Origin: an uncultured Clostridium sp. | GTDB taxonomy: Bacteria > Bacillota > Clostridia > Christensenellales > CAG-138 | Assembly (NCBI GenBank): GCA_964392455.1 | Contig: CAYMPG010000009.1 | Span: 6,896-70,895 of the forward strand | Direction: 5' to 3' | Length of the DNA stretch: 64,000 bases | Shown here: positions 8,149 to 17,192 of the stretch, one piece after another | Layout: the number at the start of each line of letters is the position of its first letter | Position numbering within the stretch: the stretch's first letter is position 1 | The notes under the pieces: generated by a model | What the model was told of the DNA's origin: nothing | Databases searched by the model: none | Seen by the model: the letters and a program-made list of their open reading frames with translations, nothing else | Translations under genes and position numbers: made by a program

Positions 8149-10791
8149 ATGGCAAGCAGGATAAGGAGAGCGGGTGCAGCGGCGCTGGCGCTGATAATGC
8201 TGGGCATGACCCCGGCATATGCGCTGAATAACAATGCACAGATAGAGAACGTGGGAGGCACCGCAGGAACACTGGCTCAGGATGGTGTGGAGGTGAGCAA
8301 GACCATCGCCCCCACCGGCATAGAAAACTACTTCGATATTACCCTTACCGCAAAAACCCAGACCCTGTACAATGGCACCGATGCAGCGGCTGCTCACGTA
8401 GTAATCGTGCTGGATCTATCCAATACGATGAATTATGATTTCGGCGAAGAGAAAATACCAAATGATGAAACAAAATCAAGATATTACAACGCTATACAGG
8501 CAGTAAACAAGTTTATAGACGGCTTTGTTGGTATAACCTCAGAGGATAGTAACGCCGACCGTATGATAGGCGTTGCAGCATTTAACACTGATGGCCATGT
8601 GATAAAAGAAATGTCCAGAGCCATATTAGCAAGTGAAGGAACGGCTATCAAAAATGAAGTAGCAAGTAAAACAAACTTAATAATAAAAGCAACGGATTAT
8701 AAAAGCAGCCACAGTCGCTTCACCAATATGGAGGCGGGGCTTAAGGTTGCATACGATATGTTGGTTGGCAGCCGCAATGGTAAGACGATAGAAAACGAGA
8801 TGATAATATTCGTCACAGATGGCTATCCCACCACATATTTAAATAATGCTACCAGCAATCTATACGATGGCTATGACCCTTACATGGTTGACCGAGCATC
8901 GGGTTCATATGGAACGGATGGCGTATTCCGTGATGAGAGCAACAAAGCAAAAAGCACAGCAATGACATATAACACAAATACTGGGGGAAGCAGAAGTACC
9001 ACTGGCGTATACTGCCTTTATGGCACAGACTACAGTGATAAGGCAGCCCAAAGAGCTACGACAATGGCGGCAAGCATAAGAGCTGCTGGCATACAAATAT
9101 ATTCCGTAGGTGTTGCGGTGACTGGGGAGACAATAACCAAATACGAAACGAAAAACTACAGCACATATAAAAGGGAAAACGGAGATGTCTGGACATACGG
9201 AAATGTGGGCAATGGAGGCTTCTCCACCATTGATACCAATTGCAACAATACCGAATCTGGAAATTATTATATAAAGAATCTGCCAAACTGGCTCAAGGGT
9301 ATTGATGCAAATGGTGGCATAGGTTCAAATAGCTATGTTGCCGCAGATAATGCAGATACACTGATAAGTGCCCTTAAAGACATGGTAGGCGAAACTGATG
9401 CGCCGGTAGGCGTGGGCACCACTGCCCAGAGCACGCTTGACCCTGTGTACAGCGGCGGCACCGGCGACTTTGTGGAATTTGTAGGCTTCTTCGAAAAGAA
9501 GGATGGCACGGCACTTCAAACCAGCCTCGCAGGTAAAAGCGCAAAGTGGGGCGAGGCCGGGGCAGAGAATACCGCTTCATTTACTCAGGGAAGCACGGCC
9601 TCCGATGATAAGATAAGCTGGGATCTTACAAAATCCGCCTACGATGAGACTGTAGCATACAATGATGGCGGCTCGGCGGAGAACTGGACTACCAAGACAG
9701 TTACCCGCACATATACCCTTAAGTACCGTGTGCGGCTGAAAAATGAGGCTGCCGGCTTCATCGCCTCAACACAGTATGCTACGAATGGCGAAACTACCCT
9801 CAATTACACCAAGACAAATGAAAACGGCACAACTGAGTCCAAGACCATAGATTATCCCATCCCCCAGGTGAAGGGGTATCTGGGCCAGCTCTCCTTTAAG
9901 AAGGTGGATGCGGATACAGGTGCAGGGCTGAGCGGCGCAGAATTCAAGCTGAGTCACCATGCGGACTGTACCCAGTGCAAGGGCAACGGTGCGCCTAAGG
10001 CATATGAGGGCGTGACCATAGCCAATATGACCGCCACCTCGGCGGCAGATGGAACAGTGACCTTTAGCAGCATACCCTCGGGCCACAGCTACGTCCTCTC
10101 GGAAACCACTGCCCCCGGTATGCACCATACGCTGGGCGAGACCTATACGGTAAGCGTGGAATACGGTACGGCGACCATAAGCAAAAAGGATACCGATACC
10201 CATATCACCATCTCACCTGAAAATGGCACCGTGATAACCAATGACTCTGTAATGCCCGGCGATGTTACCATCCCCTTTGAAAAGCTGCTGGATGGCAACC
10301 CGGCACCCGATGGCCTGTTTGAATTTGTCCTTGTGGATGAAGAGGGCAATGAGCTTCAGCGGGTGAGCCCGGTGGGCGGCGAGGGCCAGTTTGTGGTGAA
10401 CTACAAGGGCGCCATGGATACCCGATATACCTACACCATTCATGAGGTAAATAAGGGCGGCAGGTATAATTACGACAATACTGTGTATACCGTGGTGGTG
10501 ACCCTCAACGAAGGGGAGGGCAATAATTATACCGCTTCTGTTGCCTACTACAAGGGTGAGCTTACGGGCAGCGATGATCAGCTTACGGAGCCTGTGCTTA
10601 TAGAGGGCGTGCCGGTATTCAATAACAGCACCCGAAGCAGTAGCAGCAGTAGCAGTAGCAGCACGCATACCACCCCCGTGCCCATAATAGTCAATAAGCC
10701 TCCCAAGTCCGGCGGCATGAGCGGCCTTGGCCTTGTGATAGGGCTGATGGCGGCGGCGGCCGTTGTGGCCAGAGGGCGCAGGAGCAGATAA
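8149..10791 (+). CDS. Cell-surface vWA adhesin, pilus-tip-like, with Cna-B/SpaA and pilin isopeptide domains and a PPKSG sorting signal
   Basis: Domain order: signal peptide (ALALIMLGMTPAYA); MIDAS-like VVIVLDLSNTMNYD; prealbumin/Cna-B-like block (LSFKKVDADTGAGLSGAEFKL...DGTVTFSSIPSGHSYVLSETTAPG); streptococcal-pilin-isopeptide-like block (FEFVLVDEEGNELQ...YTYTIHEVNKGG..YDNTVYTVVVTL); Ser9 linker; then PPKSG, a hydrophobic helix and RGRRSR. Confidence 0.85.
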   Translation: MASRIRRAGAAALALIMLGMTPAYALNNNAQIENVGGTAGTLAQDGVEVSKTIAPTGIENYFDITLTAKTQTLYNGTDAAAAHVVIVLDLSNTMNYDFGEEKIPNDETKSRYYNAIQAVNKFIDGFVGITSEDSNADRMIGVAAFNTDGHVIKEMSRAILASEGTAIKNEVASKTNLIIKATDYKSSHSRFTNMEAGLKVAYDMLVGSRNGKTIENEMIIFVTDGYPTTYLNNATSNLYDGYDPYMVDRASGSYGTDGVFRDESNKAKSTAMTYNTNTGGSRSTTGVYCLYGTDYSDKAAQRATTMAASIRAAGIQIYSVGVAVTGETITKYETKNYSTYKRENGDVWTYGNVGNGGFSTIDTNCNNTESGNYYIKNLPNWLKGIDANGGIGSNSYVAADNADTLISALKDMVGETDAPVGVGTTAQSTLDPVYSGGTGDFVEFVGFFEKKDGTALQTSLAGKSAKWGEAGAENTASFTQGSTASDDKISWDLTKSAYDETVAYNDGGSAENWTTKTVTRTYTLKYRVRLKNEAAGFIASTQYATNGETTLNYTKTNENGTTESKTIDYPIPQVKGYLGQLSFKKVDADTGAGLSGAEFKLSHHADCTQCKGNGAPKAYEGVTIANMTATSAADGTVTFSSIPSGHSYVLSETTAPGMHHTLGETYTVSVEYGTATISKKDTDTHITISPENGTVITNDSVMPGDVTIPFEKLLDGNPAPDGLFEFVLVDEEGNELQRVSPVGGEGQFVVNYKGAMDTRYTYTIHEVNKGGRYNYDNTVYTVVVTLNEGEGNNYTASVAYYKGELTGSDDQLTEPVLIEGVPVFNNSTRSSSSSSSSSTHTTPVPIIVNKPPKSGGMSGLGLVIGLMAAAAVVARGRRSR
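10636..10662 (+). repeat. (AGC/AGT)9 trinucleotide tract encoding Ser9 in the adhesin stalk
   Basis: Direct reading: agc agt agc agc agt agc agt agc agc. Confidence 0.9.
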
Positions 10792-10800
10792 TGAATATAT

Positions 10801-10836
10801 AAAAGAGCCAGCCGGATAGGGCCGGCTCTTTTTTGT
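10801..10836 (+). terminator. Intrinsic terminator after the adhesin gene
   Basis: AAAAGAGCCAGCC-ggata-GGGCCGGCTCTTTTTTG. Confidence 0.8.
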
Positions 10837-10901
10837 TGCTGAAGCAGGGCGGGAGATATGGTATACTTAGATGGAACAAATACCCGCTGTGAGGAAATAG
10901 G

Positions 10902-11411
10902 ATGAAAAAGAAGAAAACCGGTAAATCCGCTCTGGACTGTGCCTTTGATTACCTTACTGCAAAGCCCCGCACGGTGCGTGAGATGGAGGAAAAGCTGTAT
11001 TCTCTGGATTATGGCGATTATGAGATATATGCCGCCGTGGAGCGGCTTAAGGAGCTGGGCTACCTTAATGATGAAAAGTACGCTGCGGATTTTGTAAGCA
11101 GCCGCCTTGCCACAAAGCCCGTAAGCCGGCGCAAGCTCAGGGAGCAGCTTTATTCCCACCATATAGATGGTGATGCCATAGATGCGGCCCTCCAGCAGGT
11201 AACAGACCAGGTGGAGCGCAAAAACGCCGCAGAGGTGGCGGATAAGTTTTACAGGCAGTTTGCCGCCCTTGATGAGGAGCAGCGCAGGCAGCGCACCATC
11301 AGGCGGCTCATAGGCAGGGGGTATGATTTTTACCTTGTGCGGGAGAGCGTGGAGGCGGTAATAGGCCAGGTGGATTACGATGAAAGCTGGGAAGGAGAGG
11401 AGGACGAATAG
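10902..11411 (+). CDS. recX: Recombination regulator RecX
   Basis: ALDCAFDYLTAKPRTVREMEEKL, plus repeated three-helix units (YLNDEKYAADFVSSRL). Confidence 0.85.
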   Translation: MKKKKTGKSALDCAFDYLTAKPRTVREMEEKLYSLDYGDYEIYAAVERLKELGYLNDEKYAADFVSSRLATKPVSRRKLREQLYSHHIDGDAIDAALQQVTDQVERKNAAEVADKFYRQFAALDEEQRRQRTIRRLIGRGYDFYLVRESVEAVIGQVDYDESWEGEEDE

Positions 11412-11412
11412 C

Positions 11413-12312
11413 ATGGGAAGCATAACCGACATCAGGGGCATAGAGGTGGGCCACTATACGGATAAGGCCGCACAGACCGGCTGCACGGTGGTAATGTGCA
11501 GAGGGGGAGCTGTGGGCGGCGTGGACGTGCGGGGCAGCGCTCCCGGCACCCGGGAAACAGACCTTATGCGCGGATACAATTGCGTGGAGCGCATACAGGC
11601 TATAATGCTTTCCGGCGGCAGTGCCTACGGGCTGGATGCGGCCTCAGGTGCCATGCAGTACCTTGAGGAGCAGGGCATAGGCGAAAACGTGGGAGTGGGC
11701 GTGGTGCCCATAGTGCCGGGGGCAGTGATATTCGATTTGGCTGTGGGCAGCTCAAAGGTGCGCCCGGGCAAGGCGGAGGGATATGCTGCCTGCCTTAATG
11801 CAGCGGATACCTTCCTTACTGGCTCAGTGGGCGCAGGCACAGGTGCCACAGTTGCAAAGGCCTTTGGTGCAGAGTACGCAGTAAAAAGCGGCCTGGGTAC
11901 TGCCTGCGTAGAGCTGGAGGGCGGGGTAAAGGTGGGAGCTATAGCCGTGGTAAACGCCCTTGGCGATATATACGACCCGGCCACAGGGGAGCTTGTGGCG
12001 GCGGCAAATATAGGGGGCAGGCTTACTCCCTGCATGGAATCCCCTGCGCTGGGGCAGGCATCCTTTGGCAATACCACCATAGGCGTTGTTGCTACCAATG
12101 CAAAGCTCACCCGGGAGGAAGCAAACAAGCTGGCCGCAATGGCCCATGACGGCCTTGCCATGACAATACGCCCTGTGCATACCACGCTGGATGGGGATAC
12201 CTTCTTTGCCATGTCCACAGGGGAGGTGGAGAGCCCGCTGCTGCCAGTGCTGATAGCCGGGGTGCGGGCGGTATCCATGGCAGTGCTGGATGGGGTGAAA
12301 AACGCCGGATGA
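11413..12312 (+). CDS. P1/DmpA (S58) family aminopeptidase
   Basis: Start placed at MGSITDIRGIEVGHYTD. GTRETDL and GNTTIGVVATNAKLT are typical of the DmpA/BapA Ntn-hydrolase family. Confidence 0.8.
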   Translation: MGSITDIRGIEVGHYTDKAAQTGCTVVMCRGGAVGGVDVRGSAPGTRETDLMRGYNCVERIQAIMLSGGSAYGLDAASGAMQYLEEQGIGENVGVGVVPIVPGAVIFDLAVGSSKVRPGKAEGYAACLNAADTFLTGSVGAGTGATVAKAFGAEYAVKSGLGTACVELEGGVKVGAIAVVNALGDIYDPATGELVAAANIGGRLTPCMESPALGQASFGNTTIGVVATNAKLTREEANKLAAMAHDGLAMTIRPVHTTLDGDTFFAMSTGEVESPLLPVLIAGVRAVSMAVLDGVKNAG

Positions 12313-12683
12313 TACTTGGCTGCGGCATAGATATAATCGAGGTGGAGCGCATAGCAAGGGCCTCTGAAAAGGAGGGCTTTATGAATAGAGTGTTCACAGG
12401 GGCCGAGCGGCAGCGCTTTTCACAATACAACGATGACCCTGCCCGCATAGCCGGGGCCTTTGCTGCAAAGGAGGCCGTGGCAAAAGCGCTGGGCACAGGC
12501 ATAGGCAGTGTGGAATGGAAGGAAATAGAAATACTGCACCATGACGGCGGGCAGCCCTATGCTGAGCTTACAGGCGGGGCAAAAAAGCGCATGGCGGAGC
12601 TTGGCGGCAGCAGGCTTCATATAAGCATATCCCATATAAAGAGCGTGGCCGCAGCCCAGGCCATACTGGAGGGCGAATGTTGA
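12309..12683 (+). CDS. acpS: Holo-[acyl-carrier-protein] synthase
   Basis: MILGCGIDIIEVERI and FAAKEAVAKALGTG motifs; 124 aa. Confidence 0.92.
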   Translation: MILGCGIDIIEVERIARASEKEGFMNRVFTGAERQRFSQYNDDPARIAGAFAAKEAVAKALGTGIGSVEWKEIEILHHDGGQPYAELTGGAKKRMAELGGSRLHISISHIKSVAAAQAILEGEC

Positions 12684-13522
12684 CCCTTGACCATGAATAC
12701 GTAAGGGGCCTTGTGGGCCAAAGAAGCAGGGATTGCCATAAGGGCAGCAATGGACGCGGGCTGATACTGGCAGGCAGCGTGGGCATGACTGGCGCAGCAG
12801 TGATGTGCGCCTGCGGAGCGCTCAGGGGTGGCATAGGGCTATTGAAGGTGCTGTGCCCGGATGATGTGGCACCGGCCTTTTACAGCCTGCCTGAGGCCAT
12901 GGTGACGACCGCAGGAGCAAGCTGGCAGTGCTGTGATGAGCAGCGGCTGAGCCGGCTTGTGGAGTGGGCGGATTGCATTTGTTTAGGCCCGGGCATGGGT
13001 CAGAATAGCGGAAAGGCGATAGAGCAGGTGCTTCGCTCGGGAAAGCCTGCCGTGGTGGATGCGGATGGGCTCAATGGGATAGCCGAAATGGGGATGCAGG
13101 GGCTTCTCCACAATCAGGTGGTGCTTACGCCGCATCCCGGAGAAATGGCCCGGCTTACCGGGCTGAGTATTAGGGAAATACTTGAAGCCCCAGCGGATAC
13201 AGCTCTGAGCTACGCAGAAAAATGGGGCTGCACGGTACTGCTCAAGGGGGCTGAAAGCTATATCGCCGCCTGTGATGGCTCCATTGCCCGCAATACAAGC
13301 GGCAATCCGGGCCTTGCAAAGGGCGGCAGCGGGGATGTGCTTTCCGGGATAATACTGGCGCTCATGGGGCAGGGGCTAAAGCCCTATGACGGGGCCTGTG
13401 CAGGGGCATATATACTGGGTGCCTCAGCGGACAGGGCCATGGATATACTCAGGGAGCGCATGCTGATGAGCAGGGATGTGACAGAGGCCGTGGAGCGAAC
13501 CCTTGAGGGCTTTGGATACTGA
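12677..13522 (+). CDS. nnrD: ADP-dependent NAD(P)H-hydrate dehydratase
   Basis: HKGSNGRGLILAGS, GPGMG and KGGSGDVLSGII motifs of the YjeF C-terminal domain. Confidence 0.88.
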   Translation: MLTLDHEYVRGLVGQRSRDCHKGSNGRGLILAGSVGMTGAAVMCACGALRGGIGLLKVLCPDDVAPAFYSLPEAMVTTAGASWQCCDEQRLSRLVEWADCICLGPGMGQNSGKAIEQVLRSGKPAVVDADGLNGIAEMGMQGLLHNQVVLTPHPGEMARLTGLSIREILEAPADTALSYAEKWGCTVLLKGAESYIAACDGSIARNTSGNPGLAKGGSGDVLSGIILALMGQGLKPYDGACAGAYILGASADRAMDILRERMLMSRDVTEAVERTLEGFGY

Positions 13523-13523
13523 T

Positions 13524-14099
13524 ATGGATAAAATGGATATACTCAGCAATAAGGCGGCCATGAGAGCCATTATAAAGGAGCGGCTGAAGGCTATGACCGC
13601 CGGTGAAATGGAGCGCCAGTCGATGGCGGCCTGCCGCAGGGCGGTGAACAGCCCTGCCTTTCAATCGGCAAAAACAATACTTGTATACAGCGCAATGGGT
13701 GGCGAATGTGACCCTGCGTATATTGCCGAGCAGGGACGGCGTATGGGCAAGGCCGTGGCCTACCCCAAATGTGAAAACGGCACGCTGGGCCTTTACCTTG
13801 CGGAGCAGGGGCAGCTCAAGGCTGGTGCTTATGGCATTTATGAGCCCGATGAGAGCTGCAAAAGGATACAGGCTGACTGTGTGGATTTTGCGGTGATACC
13901 CGGCCTGGCGTTTGATTTGGAGGGTGGCAGGCTGGGAAGGGGCGGCGGCTATTACGACAGGCTCCTTGAGAATATGCAGGCTGTAAAGCTTGGATTGTGC
14001 TTCAATGAGCAGCTGTTGGACAGGGTGCCAATGGCTGCACACGATTGCAGGGTGGATATGATAGCTGCTGAAAAATGGGATATATTGTTAATAAAGTAA
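13524..14099 (+). CDS. 5-formyltetrahydrofolate cyclo-ligase
   Basis: GIYEP...DFAVIPGLAFDLEGGRLGRGGGYYDRLL. The start is uncertain: the ORF opens at 13503, and I chose the ATG immediately after the nnrD stop. Confidence 0.8.
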   Translation: MDKMDILSNKAAMRAIIKERLKAMTAGEMERQSMAACRRAVNSPAFQSAKTILVYSAMGGECDPAYIAEQGRRMGKAVAYPKCENGTLGLYLAEQGQLKAGAYGIYEPDESCKRIQADCVDFAVIPGLAFDLEGGRLGRGGGYYDRLLENMQAVKLGLCFNEQLLDRVPMAAHDCRVDMIAAEKWDILLIK

Positions 14100-14164
14100 A
14101 TTTTCGCTTGTGACATACCCGCAGTAATGATAAAATGTAGAGAAGTTGTATGCTGGAGGGATAA

Positions 14165-14722
14165 ATGCGTATAATCGCAGGAGAAAAGAGGGGGTGCAGG
14201 CTGTCTGCACCAAAGGGCATGGATACCCGACCCACTCTGGACAGAGTAAAGGAATCCCTCTTTGGAATACTCCAGTTTGACATTGCGGGCAGGCGTGTGC
14301 TGGATCTTTTTGCAGGCTCCGGTGGGCTGGGGCTGGAGGCCCTGTCCAGATACGCAGAGTATGCCGTATTTTGCGACAGCTCCCGTGAAAGCATAGCCGT
14401 AATACGGGAAAACATCAAAAAGCTGGGCTACGAAAAAAAGTGCAGGGTGTATTCCTGCGATTGGGAGCGGGCAGTGGCAGATATGGCCGCCCGCCGGGAA
14501 AAGTTTGATATAGTGTTTCTGGATCCCCCATACGGGGCGGGGATAGCTGCAAAGGCAGCACAGGCCCTCTATGACAATGGCCTGCTGAACGATGGCTTTA
14601 TAATAGCCCTTGAGCATGACTCTGAGCGGCCGCCGGAGCTGCCTGACAGCCTGCAGGTATATGACAGGCGCAGCTATGGCGAGCTGGCTGCAATATCCTT
14701 CATAAGGAGGAATGCACAATGA
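14165..14722 (+). CDS. rsmD: 16S rRNA (guanine966-N2)-methyltransferase RsmD
   Basis: MRIIAGEKRG..L..P.G..TRPT.DRVKESLF, DLFAGSGGLGLEALSR and the DPPY motif. Confidence 0.92.
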   Translation: MRIIAGEKRGCRLSAPKGMDTRPTLDRVKESLFGILQFDIAGRRVLDLFAGSGGLGLEALSRYAEYAVFCDSSRESIAVIRENIKKLGYEKKCRVYSCDWERAVADMAARREKFDIVFLDPPYGAGIAAKAAQALYDNGLLNDGFIIALEHDSERPPELPDSLQVYDRRSYGELAAISFIRRNAQ

Positions 14723-15207
14723 AGACCGCTGTATGCACCGGTAGCTTTGACCCTGTTACGGTAGGGCATATGGATATATTCAAAAGGGCCGCCGCCCTGT
14801 TTGACCAGGTGTATGTGGCGGTGCTGGTAAATCCTGCAAAGGCAGCGACCTTCACTCCGGAGGAGCGGTGCCGGATGATAAACCAGGCTGCTGAGGCCGA
14901 GGGAATAACCAACCTTACAGCAGAGGCCTATAATGGCCTTGCTGTGGATTATGTCAGCAGCAAAAATGCCTGTGCCATAGTGCGTGGCATACGGAATCAG
15001 GCGGATTTTTCATACGAAACAGGCATGGGCCTTGCAAACAGATGGCTTGCCCCGGGGGTGGATACGGTCTACCTTTATGCTGAGCCGGCGCTGTCCTACA
15101 TAAGCTCAAGCCTTGTTAAGGACATAGCCGCATACGGAAAAGATATCGACGGGCTGGTGCCCGACGCAATAAAAAATAAAATCGCAGAAAGGTTGATTAA
15201 GCGATGA
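14719..15207 (+). CDS. coaD: Pantetheine-phosphate adenylyltransferase
   Basis: CTGSFDPVTVGHMDI (the T/HxGH motif) and ISSSLVK. There is an ATGA overlap with rsmD. Confidence 0.95.
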   Translation: MKTAVCTGSFDPVTVGHMDIFKRAAALFDQVYVAVLVNPAKAATFTPEERCRMINQAAEAEGITNLTAEAYNGLAVDYVSSKNACAIVRGIRNQADFSYETGMGLANRWLAPGVDTVYLYAEPALSYISSSLVKDIAAYGKDIDGLVPDAIKNKIAERLIKR

Positions 15208-16100
15208 GCAATAACGTGCAGAATCTTAAGATTTATGACATCATAGAGCAGCTGGAGGATCTGGTGGAAAACAGCGCCAGGCCCAAGCTGGGCGGCAGCG
15301 CCACAAAGCGCATAGTGGACGTTGAGGAGGTATTTGACCTTCTGGGCGATCTTAAGACCACTATTCCCGAGGATATTCGCCGGGCAAACAGCATGATGAT
15401 CGAGGCCCAGAATACCATCGATGACGCACAGGAAACTGCAAAGGATACCATCGAGGAGGCCAATAACAAGGCTGACGCCATTATCGCCGAGGCTCAGAGC
15501 AAGGCCAATCTGGTGCTGGAAAAGGCCAGAGAGGAATACGAGCGGCTCATCGCTGAGGATGAGATATATCAGGAGGCTCAGAAGCGGGCACAGCTCCTTG
15601 CTGCCAAGGCAGAATACAATGCAAACGAGGTCTTTGAAAGCGCAAAGACCTATGCAGATGATATCCTTGCCGACCTTGACCGCTTCCTTGGCGAATACAG
15701 GAACCTTGTGGGCGTAAACCGCAAGGACCTTGGCGCAAGGGCACGTACCGCCACTCCTGTGCAGCCTGTGCAGGCCCCCGTAGCCCAGACCATGGCTCAG
15801 CAGGCAGTGATGCAGCAGGCAGCCGCACAGCAGGCTGTAGCAGCAGAGCCTGCCCGTCAGCGTGTTTCCCCCAGGCCCGCCCCGGAGGCTGCTCCCCGCA
15901 ATTCCGTAAGGGATGCAGGCCGTGCAAAGCGCAGGCCTGAGCCAGTTGAGGAGTTCGATGAGGACGACGACGATTTTGACGACGAGGACGAGGAGGACGA
16001 GGGCGGCGGCAAGGGCTTCCTGTTTGGCCTGTTTAAGAAGCACAACGATTACGACGACGATGATTTCTATGATGATGACGATGACGATTATGAAGATTGA
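15204..16100 (+). CDS. Coiled-coil protein with a poly-acidic tail, hypothetical
   Basis: 298 aa. The N-terminal roughly 180 aa are heptad-like and rich in charged and Ala residues. A Q/A/P-rich linker follows. The C-terminus reads EEFDEDDDDFDDEDEEDEGGGKGFLFGLFKKHNDYDDDDFYDDDDDDYED. The start overlaps the coaD stop. Confidence 0.75.
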   Translation: MSNNVQNLKIYDIIEQLEDLVENSARPKLGGSATKRIVDVEEVFDLLGDLKTTIPEDIRRANSMMIEAQNTIDDAQETAKDTIEEANNKADAIIAEAQSKANLVLEKAREEYERLIAEDEIYQEAQKRAQLLAAKAEYNANEVFESAKTYADDILADLDRFLGEYRNLVGVNRKDLGARARTATPVQPVQAPVAQTMAQQAVMQQAAAQQAVAAEPARQRVSPRPAPEAAPRNSVRDAGRAKRRPEPVEEFDEDDDDFDDEDEEDEGGGKGFLFGLFKKHNDYDDDDFYDDDDDDYED

Positions 16101-16115
16101 TCGCTAATGCAGACA

Positions 16116-17138
16116 TCAGCGGCCTGTGGGCTTTTCTCCACAGGCCGCTTTTATATTGCCGGAAAAGAACTTTCTATGCCGGGCGGCAGCCCCTATCAGC
16201 ATAACGAAGGCCATTGCCAAAGAGGATACGCCAAGTATCCCCCCAAAGGACAGGGTATTTATAAGCAGCTTATGGGTGGATATGCTGTTGTAAACGGCGG
16301 CAGCGGGCCTGAACAGGGGAGTGATGAGCCAGGTTATGAGGGCGGCCAGCGTTCCCTGAAGGAGCTTTATGAGGAAATACACCTTTGCGTCGAGCTGGCA
16401 GAAGGTAAGGGACTGGGCAAATATACATATCCCGCCAAAGGAAAGGATAAAGGCAGACGCCGCCGCCGTGGCGGCAGGTGAAAGTGGTAGCGTGGCTATG
16501 GCCTTACAGCCGCTTACCATTTCCAGGGCGCCTGTGAGCAGCGCACCTGCAATGCCGCCGGGCAAAGGAAGCAGCTCTCCTATTGCGGCCAGCAGCGCCA
16601 TAAAGAACACCAGTGCGCCGCATATGCCGAGCATGGAGGCCATGCCCTTTGAAATGCCCTCTCCCAGCAGCCGCAGCGGTGAGACTGCCGGCCCTTTCAC
16701 CGAGGGGGCGGAGTATACTGGCGGGAATATCAGCAGCATTATTGCTGCGGATGAAAGCTGGGCCGCAAGTATGGGCAGGGCAAGGTAAGGAGTGCCCAAC
16801 ATTCCGGAGCAGAATGACGCATAAATAAATACCGGGCTTACCGTATTCAGTATGGCCACTGTGGGGCTGTGGGCCTTGCCATCGGCAGACAGCAGCCTTG
16901 CGCCTGAGGGTGCCCCGGAAAAAAGGGAAAGCAGTATCAGCCCGGCGCGCTCTATTCGGGAGGGGAGGCCGGTATTCTGCATTATGTGGGCCAATACAAA
17001 AAAAGGCAGCAGCGCAGGCAGCAGCCTGTCTCGCCATACATAAAAGCCCTGTATACCTGCTGAAACCGCCTGCTCGCTGTAAATAAACAGCATACAGCAG
17101 AACAGCATACAGCACAGGTATATCAGGGCTTTTCTCAT
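16116..17138 (-). CDS. ylbJ: Sporulation integral membrane protein YlbJ-like (nucleoside-recognition/Gate domains)
   Basis: Polytopic membrane protein. Start placed at MRKALIYL behind GGAGG. Its position next to coaD and tmcAL matches the Bacillus ylb cluster. Confidence 0.75.
   Translation of the reverse strand: MRKALIYLCCMLFCCMLFIYSEQAVSAGIQGFYVWRDRLLPALLPFFVLAHIMQNTGLPSRIERAGLILLSLFSGAPSGARLLSADGKAHSPTVAILNTVSPVFIYASFCSGMLGTPYLALPILAAQLSSAAIMLLIFPPVYSAPSVKGPAVSPLRLLGEGISKGMASMLGICGALVFFMALLAAIGELLPLPGGIAGALLTGALEMVSGCKAIATLPLSPAATAAASAFILSFGGICIFAQSLTFCQLDAKVYFLIKLLQGTLAALITWLITPLFRPAAAVYNSISTHKLLINTLSFGGILGVSSLAMAFVMLIGAAARHRKFFSGNIKAACGEKPTGR
16119..16153 (+). terminator. Intrinsic terminator between convergent genes (overlaps the ylbJ 3' end)
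   Basis: GCGGCCTGTGG-gcttttct-CCACAGGCCGC-TTTTA. Confidence 0.7.
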
Positions 17139-17192
17139 ATCCACCTCCGGCATTATGCTAATGTATATGCCATAGGCAGGGTTTTTAGCTTA

